Shown piece by piece: positions 1 through 11,461 of a stretch of DNA of 64,000 bases. Location of the stretch: assembly GCA_023213395.1 (NCBI GenBank), contig CM041465.1, positions 118,923,741 to 118,987,740 on the forward strand, written 5' to 3'. The stretch's first letter is position 1. Every line of letters begins with the position of its first letter. Source of the stretch: Cycas panzhihuaensis. Taxonomy: Eukaryota; Plantae; Cycadophyta. The translations under genes were made by a program, and so were the position numbers. The notes beneath the pieces were generated by a model, which was not told the DNA's origin, ran no database searches, and worked only from the letters and a program-made list of their open reading frames with translations.

Positions 1-213
1 ATACTTTTATAGGTATAAGTCAACTTAACGTTTCATCCTAAAACACCATAATGTCATAAATGCAATAAACAACTAGCGAACAAGCTCTATAGATCCACCT
101 CCATAAATAACATAATAGTAAACTAGAAAACACATCAATAATGATAAACCTACAATAAATAAATTTCTCCTAATGAAACTCTAATATTTCACCTTAGCTC
201 TGACTCCATCTTA

Positions 214-717
214 GCTCTGATACCATGTTAGAAATATAAATTCACTCTAATGCCATGTAGAAAATGAAATTGATAGAAAATAGTAATGCAAAAATAAAAA
301 TAATAAAAATTGCCATGATCACAATAGTGCCTTAAAGGTACCTTAACTTGGATTAACACCATAAAAATATTGTTACAACAATATGTCAATATAGTACATT
401 AAGTGTATATATGTATTTATAGTATATAACTTGGTTATGCATGGAACCCACCATAAAATACTAGCATCATAACAAAATTAATTTCATAAATATGCATTAT
501 AATATTACCTCGTGAAGCATGAATTGAGTTATTATAAAAGTCCCTATTATGAGACACTCCTACTTGCCTCATATAGGTTTGCATTTGGATAGTCCTAATG
601 ATCATTAAGTGTTTGGTAGCTCTCATGTGATATTTTTTTATAGGTAGAAAGAAGGAAAGGAATTACATAAATGCTTCAATAAGGACACGTGCAACAAATA
701 GAAACATATCCTTAACG
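214..717 (-). mobile_element. PBS and 5' LTR of a minus-strand LTR retrotransposon whose body lies left of the window
   Basis: GCTCTGATACCA (reverse complement of the tRNA-iMet PBS TGGTATCAGAGC) at 214-225 is followed directly by TGTTAG at 226. The right boundary (~717) is approximate. Confidence 0.6.
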
Positions 718-720
718 TTA

Positions 721-2689
721 AGTTAGGGAAGAGCCTCTTTTGTATCTTATTTAATTATTATTTAGTAAAAGAAAAAGAGGAATATTCATTTATTTTATGA
801 GTCAAGACTCTTTTTAAGTGATCTTAAATTAGATCTACTTCAAAAAATAAGAAGAAAGGCTAAAATAAAGCTCTTACGAGCCCAATAGTCTAAATACCCT
901 AAATGAATTAACTTATAAAAGATGATTTATAAATAAATTATACTTCTCTATTTATAGGTATCATAATTAATTACCTTTTAAAAAATTAACTTTCTAATAG
1001 TATAACTAACTTTTAATAATAATAATAATAATATTTACTTCTAATAATTACAATTAGTAATTTATCATATTTATTGTTGACTTCCATAATTATATTAGAT
1101 CATAGCAAGTATCTCCCCTTAAAAGAATTGCTTTGCCCACAAAGCATTGATAAATATAGGCGATCTTGGATGAATTATTTATTTTCCCAAGTTGCCTCTT
1201 ATTGTAGTAGTCCCTTCTATTTGATCAAGTATTATATGATATTTCATGATTTAAGCTTGCATTGGAAGATATCCATAATTCCTTCTACCTTGATCATAAG
1301 TTTCCATTCCCCATCTATTACTGATAGATTTGTCACCACCATTGTGGGATATCCCAATTTTATTTTTGGTTTAGAAATGTGGAAGACATCATGAATCTTA
1401 TTTATTTGAGGTAGATTAAGAGCATAAACTACTTCTCTAATCTTTCTCTAGACCTTATATAGGCCATAAAACTAGTGTATGAATTTATACTTTCCTTGTT
1501 GCTTGAGAGATGTCTCCTTATATATTTATAGCTTTATATATACCTGATCTCCTATCCTATATTATTTTTTGATCTTTTTATAGTTTTCTTGCCATTTTAT
1601 TTGATTTGTTGTAGTGTCATAGTGTTGCTTGTTATCTACTAAGATTTTCTCTAATTATGATATCAACTTTTCTACTATTAGAGTTTTTGTTGTATTTCAA
1701 ATGTAATCCACTAATACTATAGATGGGTAGCTTTAAAATGCCATGAAGGGTATTTTCTTGATAGAAGAATGGTAATTGGTATTACACCAATATTTAACTA
1801 AGTGAATCCATCTTATCCATTTGGATTAGTTATCCTTTATATAGCATTGCAAATATGTCTCTAAGATCTTGTTGACCACTTTGGTTTAACTACCCATTTG
1901 TGAGTGGTGCGATGTGCTCATGGCAAGCTAAGTTCTTACTAATCTTAATAAGTCTTTCTAAAAATAGCTTATAAATTTTAGATCTCTTTTATTACTTATC
2001 TTCTTAAGGAATCCATGTAACCTATGGATATTCTCTATGAATATTTTGACTATCTAAGATGCCTTATAGAATGACTATATGGGAATGAGGTATGTATACT
2101 TTGTTAATCAATCTACTATTATAAATAGAACATCCTTTATTTTAGACTTTAGGAGTCATATTATAAAATTCATAGATATTTCTTCCTATTTTTATTTGGG
2201 ATGATTGAGAGGCTGTAATAACCTTGAAGTCTATACTAACTTTACCTTTTATCTTTAATAAGTCCTTCACTTAAAAAGAAACTTGTTTGTATATGCCTTT
2301 ATTACTCTCTAATAGAATAATCTTATTATCTTTTCATGGTTTTTGAAGATGCTTGTATATCTAACTTTAGGTGATTCATGATATTCTTTGAGGGCTATTT
2401 CCTTGAATTATGATTCTTGGAGAAAGTAAATCCTATTTTTATAAAGTAGGATATTTCTCCTTTTTGTTCAAGTGGTTTTTGCTATGTCCTTAATTTTTTT
2501 ATCCATAATGATCTTAGCATATTTATCTTTATAAGAATTCTTGGTGTAAATCCATAAGCTATATTGGTATGGCTACTATGATAGCTAAGCAACCAATGTC
2601 CTCTAATTTTCTTGATAATATGTTTGCTATAATTGTTAGGGATCCAACCCATAACTTACCTTCTCTTATATTCTCGTATATCTTTTACT

Positions 2690-2726
<37 letters not shown>

Positions 2727-4020
2727 TATATATTTTATTTCTTCTACTTCTTCCCTCTTCTTAATATCCCACATGCATAAGTAGAAGGTTGTGTAGTGGT
2801 CATTGAGCACTATATATATTCATATAATATCCCACATGCATAAGGAGGAAGTTGTATAGTGAGCATAGAGCCATATATATATTTATGTAATCTTTAGAGT
2901 AGGGTATCTAAAATATCATTATTATTACATCAAATTAGGAGGTTGCCTCCTCAAAGGGTATTACAATACAAGTGCTCTTTTAGAGTTATTTGTATGTTAT
3001 GTTGGTGTGTAATTACTATTAAGGAGTGGTATCCTACCAATAATGTTTTCCTTCCCTCTTTTATATATGATCTTGTAGTAGTATTCTTGGATTTTTCTCA
3101 CCTATTTTTATTGCTCCTTAACCATTCAAATCCTATGACTATACCAAAATCCATATTATCAAAGATATAAATATCTATGAAAAATTCATAATTTGTGATA
3201 TGTAGGCATTGATGTTTGACCTTGCCTTAGCATATTAAAACCTAGCTTCCTAAAAGTGAGATTTTAAACTCTTTTTTCTTTATGCATAGCCCTCACCTTT
3301 TACCCTTCTATATATTAATGAAATTATGGGTGCTAACTAGATCAATAAGAATGATTACCTTTTCCTTTATAATGTATCTAAAGAGTTTAATAATATTAGG
3401 TGGTATTATCCTTAACATAGTTGATAGGGAAGTTGTGGGTTTTCCATCATACAAATCCTATGATCAACTTATCTCTTCCTTATCTTTCTTCTTTTTCACT
3501 CCTTATTAGCATTCTATTTCATTATATTTGATGTCAACTTCTACATTGTACAACCTTTTATTGATATACTTATGTCCCTTAATCTAGGGTTTCTTATAAG
3601 TATGACATATGTTGAGTGTTCTTTCCTTAGCTCTTTTTATCCCTTTTACCTTTTGTCTTACCCCTATTAACTTATTTGTATTAGATTTATTATTTTGACA
3701 TATCTAGAATACTTAATTGCTTGGTCTTGTTGACTTATATTTTGGTGGATAAAACACTATTTGGAATCCCCTTTAAATATTTTTGAAATAACATTTAGTT
3801 TACCTCACTAATTTGATAACCACAGTCAAAGGTGCTTAAGACAAGATAGTAGTTATTATTACAAATCTCAAGCCATAGATTACTAATGTAATATTCCTTA
3901 GGAGTAATTCTAGATTTTAAGTGGAGTTTTTCAAACTTATCTATATACTATTTGATAAATTGTTCCTTTTGAAAATAATATGCCAATCAAACATGGAAGG
4001 GATAACTTTAATTTTCTTCT
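721..4020 (-). mobile_element. G3: decayed, truncated Ty3/Gypsy chromovirus (3' LTR 721-1107, chromodomain, integrase, protease, partial gag)
   Basis: The LTR ends CATAGCA at 1107, followed by a PPT complement TCTCCCCTT. Minus-strand remnants: EATWE chromodomain (~1185), integrase (~1400-2400), ANILSRK (~2610), VIILID-SSTHNF protease (~3330), gag (~3600-3990). RT/RNase H is absent and there are many stops. Confidence 0.8.
2634..2932. mobile_element. Solo-LTR-like insert inside G3 at the RT/RNase H deletion
   Basis: TGTTAG...ACATCA termini, internal (CT)n and a ~60-bp tandem duplication (ATATCCCACATGCATAAG at ~2764 and ~2826). No matching TSD. Confidence 0.55.
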
Positions 4021-6435
4021 CTTTGTTCCCTAAAAGCCTCCATGAAATACAAGAAAATCTATTCTATAAGGTCTTTATTTGAGCCTCATTATTATAATAA
4101 AATTTTAATGATGCTTTTGTGGGAAAACCCTCATGGGGAATAAAAACCCATAGATTTTTTAAGATCTATAACCCCTTTTATAAATCAAAATGGATAAGGT
4201 GGCTCTTTGATATAGACTAATATCTAAGTAGCTTAAATATGTAGCCTAGTCTACTGAGTCTCCATATACTATTTGGTTATCCCCTATGCCCTTTTGGGTT
4301 TTTCAGTTCTGATTTTCTAAAACTAGTATACCCCTTATCCTTCCATACCCACATGGGGTTTTCACAAACTGGATAGAATAAAGACTTACTCTTATTATTC
4401 CACACCCACAAGGGGTTTTTGTGAATAGAATAGAGTATGTTAATCCTATTTCCATGTTCTTTAATCAGTCAAAGATGGAGGCCCTAAGGCCAAGCTGCCT
4501 TCAGAACTATTCAAACTTCACTTTTTGCAATGGTTTGGTAAAGATATCGGCCACTTGATCTATTGTGGGACATTATTTTAGTTGAATTATATTATCATAT
4601 AAAAGTTCTCTAATCTTGTGGACTTTCATACTTATGTGTTTGGTATGATCATGAAATATAGGATTTTTTGCCATGTAGATTACTGATTAATTATTCACAT
4701 GAAGGCTAGTATGACTTATTTGGGTGATATTCAATGTTTCTAATAATTTTCTAATCCATATCACCTCCTTGCTAGCTTCAAAAACAATAATGTATTCAGC
4801 TTCAATAGTTGAATCAACAACTATCTTCTCTCATCTAGATCTCCATGATATTAGTGTTGTTCCAAGAAATATTACATACCCAGATGTAGATCTTCTTGTA
4901 TCTTTATCTCCTACAAAGTATGAGTATGTGTATTTAGAAAGCTTAAATTCATTATTAGGTTCATATAATGGACCAAATTTGCTAGTTGTCTTTAGGTATT
5001 TTAACACTCAAACTATAAACTACTAGTGATTTTGCTTAGGATTTATCATAAATTATGTAAGAATATTAACAGAGTATGTAATATCTGGCTTTGTATTGGT
5101 AGTGTAGATAAGACTACCTATAAGTTTCTTGTAGAATGTTGCATTTGCCTCCCCAGTATCACCATCATCTGAGAGTTTGGTGTTAGGGTCCATAGGTAAA
5201 GCCACTAGTCAAGCACATTATGATTAAAACTTAGTTACAAGATTGTTGATGTGTTTTTCTTAGGTAAGGAAAATTTTTCTATTCTTTTCTATTACTTCAA
5301 TTTCTAAGTAATATTTCATCAAACCGAGGTTAGAGAATTTAAATGTTTTACCAAAGTCCTTTTTTAATTGGCTTATTGCCTATTCACTATTACCCGTTAC
5401 TAATATATCATCTACAAAGATTATAAGATAAGTGACTTTATCCTTTTAGTGCTTGATAAATAATGTTGCATCAATATCTTAGTAGTCATAAACATCATAT
5501 CTAAGTTACCTCATTCTTTCAGACAACTTAGCAAACCAAGAACAAAGGGCTTGTTTAAGGCCATATAAGGACTTTCTCAGCCTATAAACCTTATGCTCTT
5601 GACCTTTGATCTCATATCCTACTAGCTAAGCCATGTAAATTTCTTCTTCAAGATCTCCATTGAAAAATGTAGTTTTAATATCATACTAGTGGATTTTCCA
5701 ACCCTGTTGAGTAGCCAAGGCCAAAAGAGTTCTAATTATATGCCACTTAGTTGTAGGTGCAAGTACTTTAGTATAGTCAATGCCTTCCCTTGTGTTAATC
5801 CTTTAGCTACCAATATCACCTTGTATTTTTCAAGGGTGTCATCTGATCTATATTTTTTTTCGAATAACCATTTATTTTAAATCACCATTTTCCCAAGTGA
5901 TAGATCAACGAGATCCTATGTACCATTTTTTATGAGAGATTGGTATTCTTCGTTTATTACATTTCTCTAAATTGTATGTTGTATAGCTTCCTAGTATGAG
6001 AGGGGATCGTCATTAAGAGTAAGGTGTAGTTTTGCTAGTTCAAGCTTATTATATAATGATTCTTGTATCCTTGCTCTATGGGCACTTTGAGTACCAGTTT
6101 TGCCCATCTTATCTCGTCATATGTCCTTATTGAGCTGACTGGATTTATGAGATCTTTGAGTTTAGAATGATATCCTCATTTCTTTGACTTCTTGGTTCTC
6201 ATCTTATTCATTAAAATGATCATTTTGTAAGGAGGATGTTGATGTACCTAAGGAAGATGGTCTTTCTATTATTGTTTTACCTTTGTCGACTAAAGGTGGA
6301 GAGGATGATTCTTCTATAATGTCTTTACCTTTGTTAAATCTACCATTTTCAAAGGATGGTGCTAGATGTACACTTATTGGTTTAGAGTCATAACTTATAT
6401 CCTTTGAGGTTCTATTATCAACTTCCAATATTTAG

Positions 6436-6616
6436 AGTAATTTATGTCTATCCCTCCCCTCCCCCTCTAATTTTGGAATCTGAACATCATACTTAATAAT
6501 ATTATCATAGTAGCATGAGGGTATTTTGGAGTCCAGTCTAAGCAACTAATCCTCTATCTCTATAAAAATGACATCTCTAGTAACGATAATTTTTTATTGT
6601 AAAGGTATAAAGACCT
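6436..6616 (+). repeat. Left copy of the 181-bp direct repeat flanking B1
   Basis: Matches 11281-11461 except for one A/G difference. The segment is single-copy in the uninterrupted Copia A copy 2 (~55266-55447). Confidence 0.92.
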
Positions 6617-9600
6617 TGAAGGAAAATATATTTGCAAGAACTATGCTTTGATGCCAAATGATGGAAAAATTATGGAGCCAAAGTGCTCTGATACAAAATG
6701 ATGGAAAATATGCTTGCAAACTAACAGGTTAGAACATATATCAAATAAGTACAAACTAGTATTGCATCAATACAGCAGTGTATCACCATTACAATAGCAT
6801 AACACATGAGAGCCTTGTTGTTCAATCCATTGTAGCAGAATGAGTGTTACAAATCTTCCTCAAAAGTAGGTGGTGTCTAAAGACACCAGGGTTGTACACC
6901 CCTTAACATTTATAGTTTGGGGGAGGAGGGAAACTCCTCAACCCCTGAATTTAAATTAATAATAAAATAATACTAACTTAACTTAAATGAAACTAACTCA
7001 ACTTACCTTAACTTACCTTGACATGTTGAGCATCACATGTCTAAATTGAGGTGCACAATCCTGGTAGGTAAGAGGGAGTTGAGTGATGACATTACACCCA
7101 ACATTCTCCCCCTTAATGTCAGCACGAACACTTGTATCTTTTCCTTGAACTTGTGGGAACCGGTACTTGAAAAAAACTTTGAAATTCCAATCTTGATCTT
7201 TGTCAATGCTTCTCACCCTTATAGTCACATATATCTCTTTATTATAGAATGATGTAGGAAGACTATAGGTAGATGAAACTTGATGCAAAAGTAGATGAAT
7301 AGCTGTAATTTGGACTTGAACTTTTGTACTCTTTATGCTTCGAACAGTTGTCATATCACCCGGTTCATTCTTCGCTATGTCATAAGATTCGTCTTCATGA
7401 TGCTCCCCCTCAAATGGAGGATCAAATCCTTGTGCAACAAGGTGGTCCTGCATTTGATTTGAATCTTCATTGGTGTTCTTAGTCATGATCTACATTACGC
7501 CACCGTCTCACATGCTCATCAAAAGTTTCATCAAATACGATGGGATATCTCCCCATAAATAGAAATCAATAAATCCCAAAGCAGACTTAGATGTTGTTAA
7601 TTCGAACTAGTGAAAAGACATCATCAGTCATAGTGCAAAATAATAAACCTAACACTTCATTATCTTTTCTAAAATTTTCTTTAAGGCTAAGGTCACATTC
7701 ATGTTGTAAATACTTCAAAAGATCACGTTCAATAAAGTAAGCGTGCATAGTATCATACCATAGTGAATAGTTATGGCCATTGAAAATGGGGAATTGTGCC
7801 ATTTTGAAAGTAATTTAATCAATAAGAAAATGATAATAAGATCAAGTAGAAAACTTGAATAAACAATGAGATATAAACTAGAATTTTCTTTAAAATTTTG
7901 AACGAAGACAAGCTTGTTAGGATGAATATATATACTCAAATTTAACAGATTGAAAACTATATTGAATGAGGTCAGAATAGCTTAAAATTTTATCAATATG
8001 AAGATTGTTGAAATGTGAATCCAATAAAATAGACGGTTTTGAAAATGGATACCAATAAGTCACGTTTTGAATGAGGCAAAGGAAAGGACCTCCTTATGGA
8101 GCCTAACAGGAGCAGGGGGGGCAAAAAATTGTATAAAAGTACTAATTAATCCTTATAAAAGTTAAAAAAATGATCAAATATTATTGGTGAAGTAATTAAT
8201 ATTCTGCCAATTGAAAATTTTGAAAGAATATATTAAACAGGTGTAAAAAAAAAGCAGATTTAGGCCAATAAAATGACTCAACTTTAGCTGATTTGAAATA
8301 TAAGCAAAATGTGTCAAAATATATGAAAAAATATATCACAGTGAAGAGGAATGAGTCAGCTTCCCAACGAAGCTCGAAATGAAATCGATAAAAATTGCAA
8401 AAGTTATAGTGAAAAAAGTGACTAGTATCTTTATGGAGAATGTTCAAGAAACAGGCAAAATCAACTAAATTTCGTATTTTAACGATTAAAATATTAGTAA
8501 AAATGAAGTCAAAAAATTAAAGTAAAAGATGGGTATTAGAGTCTATATGACGTAGATCACAATAGAAAAAATTCGGATACAAAACAGTTTACCAACAATA
8601 AATAGCAGTCAGTTCTAAAACTGATTTTATCAAAAATGTAAAAACTGCTGAAATTTCGAAAGTCCAATGTTAAAAGGAGTGAAACGAGGTCAAATGGGCA
8701 CCAAATTGGTCTTATGGCCAGTCGAAATTGATCTACGGAAAATTTCTGATCTGATGGCGTAGGTTTCGTCTAAAACCGATGAGCCAGGGGGAAGTTATGG
8801 CAAAAAAATGCGCCAATAACCCTGTGGAAAAATAAAATTTTTAAAAAAAATAAGGTTTAAAATTGAAAAAACTTCTTTTAAAAAAAATATGAAGCTGAAC
8901 TGGGTTGGGATTGAACCCAAGACCACTCAGATAACAGAAAACCTCCGATGCCAGGAGGGTGAACTCGCTCGTCGAGTTTAAAAATATAACTTAAACATTT
9001 AAACGTAACTCAATGCCAATGAACCAATAACGAATCAAGACTCAAAATGCAAATATATATATTGAATATCCTAAAATATATAAATGCGAAGCTTTAATGA
9101 ATGGATGGCGATTCAAATAACAACGCTTTAATGAATAGATGGCGATTGAAATAACAACGCAAATATAAACGGCGCACAACAATAAGGTAGGTAGCTGAAA
9201 GCATACACAGATAAAAAAAAGGAGAGCATACATAGATAAAAAAAAAGGAGGATGGCGATTCAAATAACACAAATATAGGCGTGGGCAGGCGGAGCGCCAC
9301 ACGCAGATGAAGACAAACGCACGGAGGGGCAAAACGATGCAACGAAGACGCTAAGGCCAATGAGGGCGACGGACTGCGAATGATGCCGCGGCGCGGCAAG
9401 ACGATGCAAGGCGATGAAGGGAGGCCCGACGAGGCGGCCTTGGCCGAACGTCCCCACTAGGCAGGGCGGGGCGAAACCCACAAACAGAGACGGCGGGCGG
9501 GCAAGGCGTAGGCGCAACGGGATCGGGCGACACAGCGCGGAGCGAAACCCACAAACACAAGGCGAATGAGGGCGACGCAATGGGCGAGAGCGGGCGCAGC

Positions 9601-11281
9601 CGTCCACAGGCGCGAACGAGGACGCAGCGGGTTAATGAATCCCGAGGGGACTACCGCAAAGGCAGATTAGCGAGTCTGGGGGACGTAGATGTAAAACGAA
9701 TCTACAAGCACGGGACGCAGAGGTAAAACGGATCTACGAAGGCGGCAGATAACTGATAGAGGCAAGATAATAACAGGGAGAAGACAGAGATGTAGAGATA
9801 TATAAATGCAGGCTAAAGGTAGACAAAAAGCTATATATATACTGAGATTAATATATTCCAATTGCAAAATGATTAACACAGAGGGAACTGAGGAATGCAG
9901 AGGATCACTCAAGATCTATCAAGCTAAAGCATATATCAAAACAAAATTCTTTTATTTATATGTTAAAAAAAATATAAAAACGGAAACGAGGAACCTGGTT
10001 TCCGTATGGAGAGTAGACTTCCGAGCGAGAGATCTTCCTCCACAGTGGATGGAATCCAGAACCGTCTTCTCCAGCAGATCGGTGAGCTCGCCAGAATCTC
10101 AACGAGCAGTCATATAGTTATGTTCCGTCAGACGGTTGAGCAACTAAAACGTATTTGTAACAGGCTTCTTCTAATTTCCAAGTGCATTCTCCAAGATTGC
10201 ATGCGGCTAAATATGCCCAAAACTATAGATCCAGAATAATCTTGAAAAATATAGTTAGAAATATAATGAAAATATGTAGATCTGAGCTAAATATAGCATA
10301 AAATGCTGAAAAAACTGATACAATAAACGGATTTATAATAGAAATTAGCAGATCTGAAGTAATAAGTTGCAGATCTCTGAAAAAACTTGATAACTTTTAT
10401 ATGCAACTGATGCCCTTTTGCAAATCTGCAAGAAATATCAAATAAGTAGATAAAAAAAACTTGTAAACTGTCAAAATATATGATAAATCTGTAGATCTGA
10501 ACAGAAAATAGCTCAAATATAAGAATAAACTTGAATGTATATAGCTTGCTGGTGAAAATCCTTTGTAGATCTGCACAAATCTGAAATAGATCTCAGTAAT
10601 ATTTGTTGAACTAGAAATATAGCTCAATAATAATCAAAATCTGCTGAAAATAATATATAAACTTGCTAAAAATTTCAGAAAATAAATCTAGTTAATATAT
10701 GTTGCTTGAAAAATAAATCTGTTGTAGAGTGCTAGTAGATCCTGTTACTCTTTCTTCAAAGCTTCAGCAGGTCAGCAATCGCCTGCTCTGATACCAAATG
10801 AAGGAAAATATATTTGCAAGAACTATGCTTTGATGCCAAATGATGGAAAAATTATGGAGCCAAAGTGCTCTGATACAAAATGATGGAAAATATGCTTGCA
10901 AACTAACAGGTTAGAACATATATCAAATAAGTACAAACTAGTATTGCATCAATACAGCAGTGTATCACCATTACAATAGCATAACACATGAGAGCCTTGT
11001 TGTTCAATCCATTGTAGCGAATGAGTGTTACAAATCTTCCTCAAAGTAGGTGGTGTCTAAACACACCATGGTTGTACACCCCTTAACATTTATAGTTTGG
11101 GGGAGGAGGGAAACTCCTCAACCCCTGAATTCAAATTAATAATAAAATAATACTAACTTAACTTAAATGAAACTAACTCAACTTACCTTAACTTACCTTG
11201 ACATGTTGAGCATCACATGTCTAAATTGAGGTGCACAATCCTGGTAGGTAAGAGGGAGTTGAGTGATGACATTACACCCAA
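6617..11281 (-). mobile_element. B1: young non-autonomous Copia-derived LTR element (TR-GAG-like) with central cargo, nested in Copia A
   Basis: LTRs 6617-7103 and 10799-11281 differ at about 5 positions. PBS complement GCTCTGATACCA at 10785-10796; PPT complement TTCTCCCCCT at 7104-7113. No RT or integrase. Confidence 0.93.
7110..7802 (-). pseudogene. Truncated Copia gag (UBN2/DUF4219-like N-terminus) joined to an RNase H tail remnant in B1
   Basis: MAQFPIFNGHNYSLWYDTMHAYF...KDNEVLGLLFCTMTDDVF matches the Copia gag N-terminal pattern. It is frameshifted into an acidic stretch and ends KFKEKIQVFVLTLRG at the PPT. Confidence 0.75.
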
Positions 11282-11461
11282 GTAATTTATGTCTATCCCT
11301 CCCCTCCCCCTCTAATTTTGGAATCTGAACATCATACTTGATAATATTATCATAGTAGCATGAGGGTATTTTGGAGTCCAGTCTAAGCAACTAATCCTCT
11401 ATCTCTATAAAAATGACATCTCTAGTAACGATAATTTTTTATTGTAAAGGTATAAAGACCT
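11281..11461 (+). repeat. Right copy of the 181-bp direct repeat flanking B1
   Basis: AGTAATTTATGTC...AAAGACCT, the same sequence as 6436-6616. Confidence 0.92.

Noticed and set aside
6617-6720. CRISPR-like repeat-spacer appearance
   Set aside because: Eukaryotic LTR context. The repeats are LTR end plus PBS, there are only 2-3 units and no cas genes.
8890-8975. Functional tRNA gene
   Set aside because: No acceptor stem or anticodon arm could be built; kept only as a B-box-like motif.
9042-9912. Several overlapping minus-strand ORFs rich in Arg/Pro/Leu
   Set aside because: By-products of GC-rich, low-complexity sequence; no recognisable domain.
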